The notes under the pieces are model-generated. The model was given only the letters and a program-made list of their open reading frames with translations. It did no database searches and was not told the origin of the DNA. Below, piece by piece: positions 45,467-55,846 of a DNA stretch of 64,000 nt; position 1 is the stretch's first letter; every line of letters begins with the position of its first letter. The position numbers and the translations under genes are program-made. The stretch is from an uncultured bacterium (GTDB taxonomy: Bacteria > Patescibacteriota > Minisyncoccia > Phycocordibacterales > GCA-2401445). The stretch spans positions 398,661 through 462,660 of the forward strand of contig CALFYW010000016.1 in assembly GCA_937952265.1 (NCBI GenBank), written 5' to 3'.

Positions 45467-46842
45467 AAACAATTCTAATTCCAATCACAACAAATTTCTT
45501 TTCTCGAACGTTTCTTCAAACTGACGCTCTATCCGAATTATTGAAAGATCCAGAAATTCGTATTGTCTGCTTATCCCCGAAGAATAGGAGATATTATTAC
45601 GAAAAAACATTCGGGCATGACCGATTACTTTTTGATGAACTTCCAGACACCAGTGCAAAGACCATTGAGTCAGTATTTAGATTTTTGGAAGTGTGGAGTA
45701 TTAAAAGTAAAACACAGAAACTGATTATCGATGCGGAATTTCACCGCAAGGGAAGTAAAGCCTCTTTCTTCTTACGCCTCATTACTTTTATGTTAAAAAA
45801 ATCCTTATGGTTTTTGGGAGCTTTCCGTTGGTGGCGACAGGGGATCCGTTTTTGCTACAGCGTATTTTCGAGCACTGATTACCATGCTTTGTTTGGAGTC
45901 TATCATCCGGAATTAGTATTTGCTCCTACGATGCTTCCTGCTGATGCGCACATACTTCGAGAGGCAAAAAAATTCGGTATTAAGACTGCTGGGGTAGTAC
46001 TAAGCTGGGATAATCTTTATAGTAAAACATTTTTTCGTGTACATCCTGATCGAGTCATGGTTGCGTCAAAGACATTGGAAGATCTTGCGGTAGAGAAAGC
46101 TGATTATCCGCGGAATAAGCTAGAGGTGATCGGTATTCCCCAGTACGATCGTTACGCGAATAAAAAACCCTCACTTTCTCGTGATGAGTTTATTCGCAAA
46201 CTCGGCGGCGATCCTTCAAAAAAATTAATACTTTACGCGCTGTCAGGAAAAAAAGGCATATCTATCGAACATGGTATTATTGAATTGCTGTATCGCATAG
46301 TAAAGGAGAACATGCTTAAAGAGCCTGTTGAGGTGCTCATACGCCCTTATCCTCGCTATGATTTTTCTGAAGAAAAATTATCGAAGTGGCGACATGAATA
46401 TGGGTTTCGAGCCGAATCATCACTCGCACATATTGACGGTAAAGCAGATGAATGGGAATTTGATGATGTATCACTTGATTTTTTGCAGAATAGTCTTGCT
46501 CATGCGGATGTGATTATTACCATGTATTCTACTTTTTTTATTGAGGGAGCGATTCACGATAAGCCGTTAGTCGCGATAGGGTTTGATGGTTTAGAAGATG
46601 AAAATTATTGGAATTCAAGTCGGCGTTTTTTTGAGTGGGATCATTTGAAGTCATTATTGCCGTGTGATGGGATTACCTTCGCCCGTAGCTTCCAAGGTTT
46701 AGCCGAATCAATTAATAGCTCGCTCATGGATCCGAAATTAAAACGGGAAGGAAGAAAATGTATCGTAAATCAGCAGGCAACGTTTAACGATGGAAAATCA
46801 GGCATTCGTCTGGGAAAGTCACTTTATACCTTGATGAAATAA
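45463..46842 (+). CDS. GT-B fold transferase (paralog 2)
   Basis: SWDNL, IGIPQYD, IRPYP, HADVIITMYST, EGAIHDKP, DGKSGIRL. Confidence 0.65.
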   Translation: MKTILIPITTNFFSRTFLQTDALSELLKDPEIRIVCLSPKNRRYYYEKTFGHDRLLFDELPDTSAKTIESVFRFLEVWSIKSKTQKLIIDAEFHRKGSKASFFLRLITFMLKKSLWFLGAFRWWRQGIRFCYSVFSSTDYHALFGVYHPELVFAPTMLPADAHILREAKKFGIKTAGVVLSWDNLYSKTFFRVHPDRVMVASKTLEDLAVEKADYPRNKLEVIGIPQYDRYANKKPSLSRDEFIRKLGGDPSKKLILYALSGKKGISIEHGIIELLYRIVKENMLKEPVEVLIRPYPRYDFSEEKLSKWRHEYGFRAESSLAHIDGKADEWEFDDVSLDFLQNSLAHADVIITMYSTFFIEGAIHDKPLVAIGFDGLEDENYWNSSRRFFEWDHLKSLLPCDGITFARSFQGLAESINSSLMDPKLKREGRKCIVNQQATFNDGKSGIRLGKSLYTLMK

Positions 46843-46854
46843 TATTGTTTCGTT

Positions 46855-48252
46855 ATGCATAAAAAAACAATCGCCATTACGTTAGGATCTGCGGCCGCGT
46901 TTCGGAACCTCTTTTTCTTCCCAGGGAGCGTGTTCGAACAGCTTCGAGTATATGCGAAAAAAAATAATATTCGAATTCTTGTCTGCATTACGCCAAAAGA
47001 CTATGAAAAGTATCAGCCAATTATTAACCCTGATGGGGAATATGTGTGCTATGAGAAAATTTCAGTCGCTCCTGCGCGCAGATCTCTTGAGCGCGTATTC
47101 TACTTTTTCTATTCCTACTTAGTGTATACCGGAACGACGAAAGTGTTAGCTACCATGGCGATTCGTCCTGATGAGCCCCCAGCCGGAGGAAAGTCGTATT
47201 TAGTATTCTTGAAGTGGACAATTTCTCGTTTTTTTGGATGGAGTCGTTTTTTGAAACGAAATGTTATCCCTTTTTTATTTCACAAAATTTTTATTGAGAG
47301 ACCCTTCAGAGATACAATCGAATCATACCAACCTGATCTTATGGTGAGTACCCATATCTATGGATGGTTTGATACTCAGTTTCTTCGAGAAGCAAAAGCG
47401 CAAGGCATTAAGACCATCGGCATGCCTGCTGGGTGGGATCATCTCGATAAGTATTTTCTACCATTTCACCCTGATACCCTTTTAGTTCCAAGTAAAGAAC
47501 TCTCAAATGCCGCAGTAAAATACCAAGCATACGCGAAATTTGAAATACAAATTGTAGGGTACGCGCATTTTGATTTTATTCTAAACCCAGAAATTCAAAA
47601 AACACGAGACGAGGTGTTGCGTTTCTTGAATTTTCCACCCCATGCCAAGTATCTTCTCTATGTGTCTGGAAGCGCGTATTGCCCGGATGAACCCGATATT
47701 ATAGAGACATTGCTTCAATGGTTTGAGGAGAAGCAGGTTGGTGATGAGGACGTTTACCTGGTTATCCGCCCTTACTTAGGAGGGAGAGGGAAAGACCGTG
47801 AATTTGATGAGAAAAAGTTTAATCGTTTTAAGACGCACCCAAGAGTTTATTTTTTTGATAAACCACTTTGGAATGATGTTGAAAATAGTGCCTCATTTAT
47901 TAATATTATGCGATACGCGGATGTGGTGCTTGGTATGTATACCACAATTGTGCTTGAGGCAAGCGTATTTGATCGACCGCTTATTGCCGCCGGATTTGAC
48001 GGTTATACTACACGCCCCATGAAGCGCTCAATTCGTCGGTTTGAGTATCTTGAGCATTTTAAGGATGTTCTGAAGACAGGAGCACTTCCAACCGCTTATA
48101 ATTTTTCGGAGTTACAAGAGTTGCTCAAACTCACGTTAGCTGATCCTCATAGTCGGTCACATGAACGCGAGAAATTGCGACATTCACTCGCAGGGGTCCT
48201 TGACGGGGCATCTTCTCGTCGTATAGTAGATGCATTAATTAACGCGCTCTGA
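46855..48252 (+). CDS. GT-B fold transferase (paralog 3)
   Basis: GWDHL, VGYAHFD, IRPY, YADVVLGMYTT, EASVFDRP, DGASSRRI. Confidence 0.65.
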   Translation: MHKKTIAITLGSAAAFRNLFFFPGSVFEQLRVYAKKNNIRILVCITPKDYEKYQPIINPDGEYVCYEKISVAPARRSLERVFYFFYSYLVYTGTTKVLATMAIRPDEPPAGGKSYLVFLKWTISRFFGWSRFLKRNVIPFLFHKIFIERPFRDTIESYQPDLMVSTHIYGWFDTQFLREAKAQGIKTIGMPAGWDHLDKYFLPFHPDTLLVPSKELSNAAVKYQAYAKFEIQIVGYAHFDFILNPEIQKTRDEVLRFLNFPPHAKYLLYVSGSAYCPDEPDIIETLLQWFEEKQVGDEDVYLVIRPYLGGRGKDREFDEKKFNRFKTHPRVYFFDKPLWNDVENSASFINIMRYADVVLGMYTTIVLEASVFDRPLIAAGFDGYTTRPMKRSIRRFEYLEHFKDVLKTGALPTAYNFSELQELLKLTLADPHSRSHEREKLRHSLAGVLDGASSRRIVDALINAL

Positions 48253-48253
48253 T

Positions 48254-49216
48254 ATGAAAATTTCGATAGTTACTCCACTGTTTAACGAAGAGGAAAGTGT
48301 AGCTCCTTTCTTAAGGGAGTTACGAAGCGTACTAAAGAAGACGGGTCTGGCGTATCAAGTGGTTGCGATCGATGATGGTTCAACTGATAAAACCTATGAT
48401 GAAATGTCTGCTTTCTCCTCTCGTTTTCCTGAGTTATTGATTATTAGATTCAGTCGTAATTTCGGGCAAACCGCGGCATTATCAGCGGGATTAAAGCACG
48501 CAGAGGGAGAGGTAATAATTACGATTGATAGTGATCTTGAAAATGATCCTCACGATATCAATAAGTTGGTCGACAAGATCAAAGAGGGGTTTGATGTTGT
48601 TTCCGGTTGGCGCAAAAGTCGATGGGAAGGTCACACTTTTTCTCGAAAGATTCCTTCTTTAGTTGCTAACTGGCTGATTTCAAAAATTGGAGGAGTACCG
48701 CTTCACGATTACGGCTGCACACTAAAAGCATATCGTCGTAGCGTAATTGAGGGGCTTTCTTTGTATGGCGACATGCACCGTTTTATTCCTATTTATGTAC
48801 ACGGGAGGGGTGCACGTATTACCGAGATTCCGGTAGCACATCGGTCGAGGCGCTTCGGAAAAAGCAAATACGGCATATCGAGAACATTCCGTGTACTCCT
48901 AGATCTTTTCTTTATTAAATTCTTTACGGGTTACCTCAATCGGCCGATCCACTTTTTTGGTGGTATCGGACTTATTTGTTTACTCCTTGGTACTATTGCT
49001 GGAGTATGGTCAATTGCTTTAAAAATTTTGGCGTTGCGAACTTTTGTCTCCACCCCACTTCCTACCTTTGCGGCTCTTTTTCTCATTATTGGAGTACAAC
49101 TTATCATTATGGGTATCTTGGCAGAAATGATGATGCGTACCTATTATGAATCACAACAGAAAACCCCTTACGTGATTCGAGAAAAAATTTCTCAGGGTCG
49201 TATCGTAGAATCATAA
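48254..49216 (+). CDS. Glycosyltransferase family 2, polyprenol-phosphate glycosyltransferase (GtrB/ArnC-like)
   Basis: PLFNEEE, DDGSTD, RNFGQTAA, DSDLENDP, DYGCTLKAY, HRFIP, two C-terminal TMs. Confidence 0.92.
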   Translation: MKISIVTPLFNEEESVAPFLRELRSVLKKTGLAYQVVAIDDGSTDKTYDEMSAFSSRFPELLIIRFSRNFGQTAALSAGLKHAEGEVIITIDSDLENDPHDINKLVDKIKEGFDVVSGWRKSRWEGHTFSRKIPSLVANWLISKIGGVPLHDYGCTLKAYRRSVIEGLSLYGDMHRFIPIYVHGRGARITEIPVAHRSRRFGKSKYGISRTFRVLLDLFFIKFFTGYLNRPIHFFGGIGLICLLLGTIAGVWSIALKILALRTFVSTPLPTFAALFLIIGVQLIIMGILAEMMMRTYYESQQKTPYVIREKISQGRIVES

Positions 49217-49218
49217 TT

Positions 49219-51105
49219 ATGTGTGGCATTGCAGGATTTGTTGGAAGTGGAAATCAAGCTGATCTTAACTTGATGCTAAAGCGTATTGCGCATCGGGGTC
49301 CTGATAGTGAGGGAAAATTCACCCGGGGGAATGTGTTCTTTGGCCACCGGCGTTTATCGATCATTGATTTGAGTAGCGCGGGAAACCAACCTATGTGGAA
49401 TGAGGAGGGAAATATCGCGCTTATTTTTAATGGTGAGATCTATAATTTTCAGGAATTACGGAAAGAGCTTCTTGCTACTCGGCGGCATACGTTTCAGAGT
49501 AATACTGACACCGAGGTGATCATCCATCTTTATGAAGATCTTGGAGTTCAGTGTTTTAAGAAGCTCTCAGGGATGTTTGCATTAGCGATTTATGATTTTC
49601 GATCTAATCGTTTAATATTGGCTCGAGATCGAATTGGCAAGAAACCTCTTTATTGGTCGCGACAAGGAGATACGATCATTTTTGCGTCAGAACTTAAATC
49701 AATACTTGCGCACCAGTTAATCCCTAAAGCGATTGATCCAATGATGCTCAATCAGTATCTTCAATATGACTATGTGCCGACCCCATATACGATGGTTCAA
49801 GGAGTGAGGAAGCTTTTAGCCGGAAACTACCTTCTCTGGGATGGGAAGAAACACAGCCTCCATTCATTTTGGGAGCAATCATTTCTACCTAAGCACTCTG
49901 AAGAGTCAATCGAGGCAACACTTTCTCAGCTTAACAAGCACCTCACCAAGAGTGTTTCAGAGAGGCTGGTTGCTGATGTACCGGTGGGAGTCTTTCTAAG
50001 TGGTGGGTTGGATAGCGCGGTTATGGCATACTATGCGTCTATCTTACAACCTTCTTCAGTACGGACATTTTCTGTTGGATTTCGAGAGAAGACTTTTGAT
50101 GAATCAAGTTATGCACGCATGGTAGCAGAATATTTAAATACCGATCATACCGAGCGTTATGTGACTGTTCAGGATATGCTCGATGCAACACTTAGTATTA
50201 CCGATTTTCTCGATGACCCTATTGCTGATACCTCAATTATTCCAACGTATTTATTATCTAAGTTTGCCCGTGAGTCAGTCACGGTTGTACAGAGTGGTGA
50301 TGGCGGAGATGAGCTCTTCGCGGGGTACCCTACTTTTTTTGCGGAGTTTTTTGCACGTTTCTATGAGAAGGTCCCCCGCGCAATCCATCATCATGTAGTT
50401 CGTCGAATAACTCAGTTATTCCTCTCTCCGCACGATAAGTACTTTAGTCTCGAATTCAAAGTTAAAAAGTTCTTAGAAGGATTTGAAGATATGAGACATC
50501 GTCGACATGCTATCTGGCTCGGTAGCCACTCAAGGGATAGTAGATCAAACCTATTATCTGAATCGTTATGGAGTGAGGTTGGAGGAGAAAATGAATTTGC
50601 GTTAGTTGATGCTTTTTTTGAACGTTTTAGGAATGAGGATTCGCTCAGTCAACTTCTTGCTTTCTATCAGCGATTTTATTTGATGGATCAGGTTTTGGTA
50701 AAGGTGGATCGCGCAAGTATGGCGCACGGATTAGAAGTTCGATCTCCTTTTCTTTCCTATGAACTCGTTGATTATGTCAACCGCATGCCTTCAGATCTAA
50801 AGTATCGGATGTTTACCTCAAAGTGGATTTTGAAGAGGTTGATGCATGGGAAGCTTCCACCTCAAATTATCAATCGAAAGAAACAAGGGTTTGCAACACC
50901 GCTTTCTCTATGGTTTAAAAATGAACTCAAGGGATTTATCTCAGAGGTTCTACTTTCCTCAGGGGTGAAGCAGGACGGTTTCTTTAACACGGTATACATT
51001 GAACGCTTAATTCATGAGCATGTCTCCGGGAAAGAAAACCATACCAAAAGGATCTGGTCTTTATTGGTATTCGAACTTTGGAAGAACCGGTGGCTTAAGC
51101 GTTAA
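49219..51105 (+). CDS. asnB: Asparagine synthase (glutamine-hydrolysing)-family amidotransferase
   Basis: MCGIAG, HRGPD, HRRLSIID, FNGEIYN, LSGGLDS, SGDGGDE, KVDRASM, RKKQGF. Confidence 0.95.
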   Translation: MCGIAGFVGSGNQADLNLMLKRIAHRGPDSEGKFTRGNVFFGHRRLSIIDLSSAGNQPMWNEEGNIALIFNGEIYNFQELRKELLATRRHTFQSNTDTEVIIHLYEDLGVQCFKKLSGMFALAIYDFRSNRLILARDRIGKKPLYWSRQGDTIIFASELKSILAHQLIPKAIDPMMLNQYLQYDYVPTPYTMVQGVRKLLAGNYLLWDGKKHSLHSFWEQSFLPKHSEESIEATLSQLNKHLTKSVSERLVADVPVGVFLSGGLDSAVMAYYASILQPSSVRTFSVGFREKTFDESSYARMVAEYLNTDHTERYVTVQDMLDATLSITDFLDDPIADTSIIPTYLLSKFARESVTVVQSGDGGDELFAGYPTFFAEFFARFYEKVPRAIHHHVVRRITQLFLSPHDKYFSLEFKVKKFLEGFEDMRHRRHAIWLGSHSRDSRSNLLSESLWSEVGGENEFALVDAFFERFRNEDSLSQLLAFYQRFYLMDQVLVKVDRASMAHGLEVRSPFLSYELVDYVNRMPSDLKYRMFTSKWILKRLMHGKLPPQIINRKKQGFATPLSLWFKNELKGFISEVLLSSGVKQDGFFNTVYIERLIHEHVSGKENHTKRIWSLLVFELWKNRWLKR

Positions 51106-51157
51106 GTGGTATATGTGATATGATGCTTTTTGTTTATTATTGTAACTTTCTTAAACC

Positions 51158-52747
51158 ATGTTTTCTCTATTAAAGGATCGGTCGTGGCGTTTGGCCATCA
51201 TCACTATTTTGGGATTATCGTTTCTCCTGCTTGAAATAGTAATTTTGGTATTATATCGCGAGACATGGTTTGACGAACTACTCTATCTATTTAAAGGAAG
51301 GGCGGCAATTGGAGGTTCTCTTGTTCCTTTCCAGGATATGATCATTGCTCATCCACCGCTTGCGTTCCTTCTTCATGGAATTACCCAGTATATTTGGGGC
51401 CCAAGCATCCTGCTCGGAAGGATCGTATCCTCAATTATTTTTTTTGGTATCTTATGGATTATGTATGTGATCGCAGATCGCTATGCGGGTGCTCTTGCTG
51501 GAGTAGGGGCGCTCTTTTTGATGGTGAGCAATGTTTTTCTAGTAGGGAACTATGTATCAGCTGTTCCGTTTGGGCTTTCGGTTATTTTTATTTTATTGAG
51601 TATCTGGGTTGAGTTATTAAAAATATCTTCTCAAAGAAAAACACTCTTATCAGCTTTCCTTATTGGGCTTGCGGTATTAACACGAATTAACCTATTACCT
51701 GCTGCAATTATGTATGTTCTATTTCTTGCGGTAACTCGTCGTGGTTGGAGGGAAATAGGGTCTTTCAGTATTGTGTTTGTGGTAATACTCTTTTTAGGAT
51801 TCACCCCTTTTCTTTTGTTGGATTTTTCACTTGCGATAAGTGTTATTCTGGCGCCATTTGTGAGTATCGGACTTCTTTCATCACTTCCATCATCGGTGAA
51901 AGCCGATGGATTTTCCTTTTCAGAATTTTTACCAACCATCGTTTCCTTTGTTCGGGAATATGATTTAACACTGCTCCTGTTCTTTGCGGTGACAAGTCTC
52001 CTCTTATTTTCGGTTTGGAATACGCGGGATCGTTTTCTTAAGACTGAGCCAGTATACGTACTCTTGCTCATGATAGGGACTGGGCTTTTTATACCACACT
52101 ATTTTTATTGGAAAATTAGCGGAAGCTTAGTTTACGCGAATTATTTCTTCCCATTTTTGATCCTCGCGATTGTGATTGGAATATTCCGATTTTTTCCAGA
52201 GAAAAAAGTTTTAATTGTCTTTCTGGTTGGGGTGATTAGTCTGAATTTCTTAGGAAATATGTTTCGGACCGATATCATTTCTCACCCAAATGATGAGACT
52301 GATCTCGAACGAATTAATCGTGGAGCAATGCTTCTAAAGAAACATACCAATCCCGAGGATTTAATCATCGCTTTCGATAATTCAATTTTCCACGTGTTTG
52401 CTGCGGATCGGGTCACCAAAGGTCCCTTGCTTAACAGAAATTTTATGTTTGTGGGTTTGCCGGATACATCATTAGTAAATCGGATTCTCCATTATAATCC
52501 TGAAATACTCCTCACGTGGATCGACAACGCGGATTATGTTGTACTTCATGAAGAAAAATGGCCGTGGACATTTCGTAGAACATTTCGATCAGTAGATGGT
52601 TATGACAGTGAAGCATTTATCCATCAAGTTGAGCGGCTGTTAAATGATCGGTATGTTTTGGAAGATCGTGCGTTTAATGTATATCCACGGAAATATACTG
52701 AGGGAAATGATGGAGGTACCCTTCTTTTATACCGTCGCATTAAGTGA
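51158..52747 (+). CDS. GT-C (ArnT/PMT-like) membrane glycosyltransferase
   Basis: TWFDE in the first outer loop, HPPL motif, about 11 TMs, soluble C-terminal domain. Confidence 0.7.
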   Translation: MFSLLKDRSWRLAIITILGLSFLLLEIVILVLYRETWFDELLYLFKGRAAIGGSLVPFQDMIIAHPPLAFLLHGITQYIWGPSILLGRIVSSIIFFGILWIMYVIADRYAGALAGVGALFLMVSNVFLVGNYVSAVPFGLSVIFILLSIWVELLKISSQRKTLLSAFLIGLAVLTRINLLPAAIMYVLFLAVTRRGWREIGSFSIVFVVILFLGFTPFLLLDFSLAISVILAPFVSIGLLSSLPSSVKADGFSFSEFLPTIVSFVREYDLTLLLFFAVTSLLLFSVWNTRDRFLKTEPVYVLLLMIGTGLFIPHYFYWKISGSLVYANYFFPFLILAIVIGIFRFFPEKKVLIVFLVGVISLNFLGNMFRTDIISHPNDETDLERINRGAMLLKKHTNPEDLIIAFDNSIFHVFAADRVTKGPLLNRNFMFVGLPDTSLVNRILHYNPEILLTWIDNADYVVLHEEKWPWTFRRTFRSVDGYDSEAFIHQVERLLNDRYVLEDRAFNVYPRKYTEGNDGGTLLLYRRIK

Positions 52748-52770
52748 TCCTCTAAGGTTATAGTTAATAT

Positions 52771-53943
52771 ATGCGAATTTTAATCATTGCACCGACACCT
52801 TTTTTTTCACATCGAGGATGTCATATAAGAATTTTTGAAGAAGCACGAGCACTGCTTGAACGGGGTCATTCGGTTGAAGTAGTAACGTACCATATCGGTG
52901 AAGATCTTCCGGATATTTCTATAAAGAGGATCCCTAATTTTTTTTGGTATCAGGAAAAAGGAACACATGTAACGTGGCATAAACTTTATTTTGATTTTTT
53001 TCTTCTCCTGCGCGCTTTTTATTCTCTGTTGCGTTTTCGTCCTCATGTCTTACATTGTCATCTCCACGAGGGAGCGCTTATCGGTATTATTTTACGTCTA
53101 ATTACGCGAAAACCGATGGTTTTTGATAGCCAAGGGAGCCTTGTAGCAGAGCTTAAAGAGTTAAAGGCGATCAACCAAAATTCATTTTCGTACCGATTAT
53201 TCTTGTGGATTGAAAAGTTTATTTATTGGCTGAGCCCCATTATCTTAGTAAGTAATGAGGCTAATAGAGTAGAATTGATAACTTCATTTAAGGTACCAGA
53301 GAGGAAGGTAAAATTATTGGAGGACGGCATTTCAATTGCCGATTGCAAGGTTTCGAAATCTACCGCTCAGCGTTTTCGAAAGGAAATTCGTGTTCCCCCC
53401 AGCAAAAAGGTTATTATTTTTGTTGGGGGGTTATATCAAAAAAAAGGAGTAGGGGATATTATTGAGTTAGCGTATGAACTAGCCAAGAAGCGTGATGATC
53501 TCTTCTGGATTATTCGAGGGTTTCCTTATGTCACATGGTACCAAGAAGAGGTAAACAAGAAGCATCTTCAAAGCGTAGTCCATGTTGGTGGAAAAATACC
53601 GTATACTGATCTATGGAGCCTGTTTTCAATTGCCCACTTTGCAATTAGTCTAAAACCTCCAACTGTAGAGGGGAGCGGTAAGCTCTTGCATTATGCGCAG
53701 GCAGGTCTTCCCGTAATTTGCTATGATCAGTTATCCAATCGGTCGATATTAGGCGAGCACGCATTCTATCTTTCTTTTAATTCGTCCATGGAAGAGAATG
53801 CGTCGCATGTAAGTGATTATCTAGATCTTGAACCAGAAATACATAAGGAGAGCGTTAAGGCAATGCAGGAAATGGTGTTGCATACCTATGAGTGGAAACA
53901 AATTATTAAAGAATTAGAACATATCTATGGAGGTCTTATCTAA
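52771..53943 (+). CDS. Glycosyltransferase family 4
   Basis: APTPFFSHRGCHIRI, HCHLHEG, KKGV, EGSGKLLHYAQAGLP. Confidence 0.88.
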   Translation: MRILIIAPTPFFSHRGCHIRIFEEARALLERGHSVEVVTYHIGEDLPDISIKRIPNFFWYQEKGTHVTWHKLYFDFFLLLRAFYSLLRFRPHVLHCHLHEGALIGIILRLITRKPMVFDSQGSLVAELKELKAINQNSFSYRLFLWIEKFIYWLSPIILVSNEANRVELITSFKVPERKVKLLEDGISIADCKVSKSTAQRFRKEIRVPPSKKVIIFVGGLYQKKGVGDIIELAYELAKKRDDLFWIIRGFPYVTWYQEEVNKKHLQSVVHVGGKIPYTDLWSLFSIAHFAISLKPPTVEGSGKLLHYAQAGLPVICYDQLSNRSILGEHAFYLSFNSSMEENASHVSDYLDLEPEIHKESVKAMQEMVLHTYEWKQIIKELEHIYGGLI

Positions 53944-54844
53944 ATGCACAATTTGTGGAAGCTCTCGCGTTCGCGAAGTAGGTCGCGGCGGCGATCTCTC
54001 CTTCTCTCATGATGAAATTTTCGTGTTTTCAGTATGCCTCAAGTGTCATGTGTTTTTTCTTTCAACAAGACCCCGAGAAGATGAAGCGTATAAGTTTTAT
54101 GGGGTTGAGTATGACCCATACACCGCATCATACACAAAACTGTCTGAACTCTTTATTCGCTTACGTACCTTGCGAGAACTCGATAGTATCGTTCGTTTCT
54201 TGCCTCCTAGGGACAAGAAGCGGCTGCTTGAAATTGGCTCATCGTGGGGGAAATACCTTCTACTTGCTCGTAATGAACGGAACTTTGAAGTCGTAGGAGT
54301 CGAGATGTCTAACGCAATGTGCCAAAAAGGGCGCGAAGAACACGGACTTCTTATCTATCCGGGAGATCTGCGCAATCAAGATTTTTCTCCTTCAGAATTT
54401 GATGTGGTAGTTATGAACCATGTGTTAGAGCATCTTTATCATCCGAAGGAAACGATAGCAATGATAGCCAAAATTTTAAATAAAAGAGGAGTGCTTCTTT
54501 TGCGAACTCCGGTTGTTGGGACTCTTGAGCAGAAAATTTTTGGAAAGTATTGGCATGCGTATGAATTTCCTCGGCACGTTACACTCTTTAGTGAGAAAAA
54601 CCTAGTTGATTTGCTTGAACAACAGGGATTTGAAATTAAAAAAATCAGATATGAGGGCGTGCCAAATAATTTAATTCTTTCCTTTAAGAATTTTTTTCAA
54701 ATGAAGCTTGGTAGTGGGGTTATTGCAAATTTATTTTCAATCAAGAATCCATTGATGCTCGCACTCTTTTCCCCATTATCTTTTCTGCTTGGTTTTTTTC
54801 ATCAGAGCGGAAGAATTATGATCATTGCTCAAAAACATAAATGA
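53927..54844 (+). CDS. SAM-dependent methyltransferase with N-terminal CxxC...CxxC zinc-binding motifs
   Basis: CTICG, CLKC, LLEIGSSWG, HVLEHL, PRHVTLFS. Confidence 0.88.
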   Translation: MEVLSKCTICGSSRVREVGRGGDLSFSHDEIFVFSVCLKCHVFFLSTRPREDEAYKFYGVEYDPYTASYTKLSELFIRLRTLRELDSIVRFLPPRDKKRLLEIGSSWGKYLLLARNERNFEVVGVEMSNAMCQKGREEHGLLIYPGDLRNQDFSPSEFDVVVMNHVLEHLYHPKETIAMIAKILNKRGVLLLRTPVVGTLEQKIFGKYWHAYEFPRHVTLFSEKNLVDLLEQQGFEIKKIRYEGVPNNLILSFKNFFQMKLGSGVIANLFSIKNPLMLALFSPLSFLLGFFHQSGRIMIIAQKHK

Positions 54845-55830
54845 GAAAAAAATTTTTCATACTTTTAAAAATCGGAATAAGTTTCTCTCTTATTTATCTT
54901 GTCATCACGAGAATTGATGGGGTTGAGGTGCTCTCTACGCTGCGCTCTGTTCACCCGGGCATTCTCTTACTCGCATTCCTTATTTTTGTAGTTGCCCACT
55001 ATCTTAATACCTTTAAGTGGCAGATTTTACTTAAGGTGCTTTCGATCTCTGAGGATATGGGGAAGTTATTTGAACTCCACCTTATTGGCATCTTTTATAC
55101 CATGTTTCTACCTGGGGGTCAGCTTACCGGAGAAGCAGTCAAGGCATACCGAACAAAAAATCATCTGGGACAGACTGAAAAAATAGTAGCCTCTATTCTC
55201 GTTGATCGTGTTACCGGATTGTTTCCCTTTTTAGTACTTGGGGTGGTCGGAGCATCTTTTTCGTCCGCGCTTCTTCATACAGAAGGTCGAGGCGGAATCT
55301 TTGTTGTTTTTTGGATATCAATAGTGGTTCTTTCATTAGCGGGTATTTTATTTCATAAGAGTTTTCTTCCTATGGTGAGCCGATTACAGAAACTGGCAGC
55401 TCGTCTAAATACCCCTCGCTTCATACGAGGAACCATACATAAAGTTTTGGAAGTAATAAGTGCTTATGCGGGAAAATCATCCGCGCTTTTGGCGGGTCTT
55501 TTGTTTGGTTTTTTGTTTCAAATATTAAATATCCTCGTAGTATATTTTCTGGCGTATTCAATTGGGACTCCAATCTCAATTTTTGATATTATGTGGGTCT
55601 ACTCATTAGTAAGCGTTATTCTTATTTTACCAGTGAGTATTATGGGTTTGGGGCAGCGAGAAGTGAGTTTCATTTTTTTGCTAGGTTTGGTAGGTGTCTC
55701 TGGAGTAGTCGCGACAAGTCTTTCAGTGCTTATCTTTATATTCGCACTCGCACTCGGCGTTCTAGGTGGTATTATTGAGGGGTATCATTGGTGGATTCGC
55801 GATAGAGTCCCTCCCGTTAAAAATGTTTAG
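54841..55830 (+). CDS. Lysylphosphatidylglycerol-synthase TM/flippase-like protein (UPF0104)
   Basis: KWQILL, FLPGGQLTGEAVK, SILVDR, LPVSIMGLGQRE. Confidence 0.87.
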   Translation: MRKKFFILLKIGISFSLIYLVITRIDGVEVLSTLRSVHPGILLLAFLIFVVAHYLNTFKWQILLKVLSISEDMGKLFELHLIGIFYTMFLPGGQLTGEAVKAYRTKNHLGQTEKIVASILVDRVTGLFPFLVLGVVGASFSSALLHTEGRGGIFVVFWISIVVLSLAGILFHKSFLPMVSRLQKLAARLNTPRFIRGTIHKVLEVISAYAGKSSALLAGLLFGFLFQILNILVVYFLAYSIGTPISIFDIMWVYSLVSVILILPVSIMGLGQREVSFIFLLGLVGVSGVVATSLSVLIFIFALALGVLGGIIEGYHWWIRDRVPPVKNV

Positions 55831-55846
55831 TATTATTTAATTTTTT

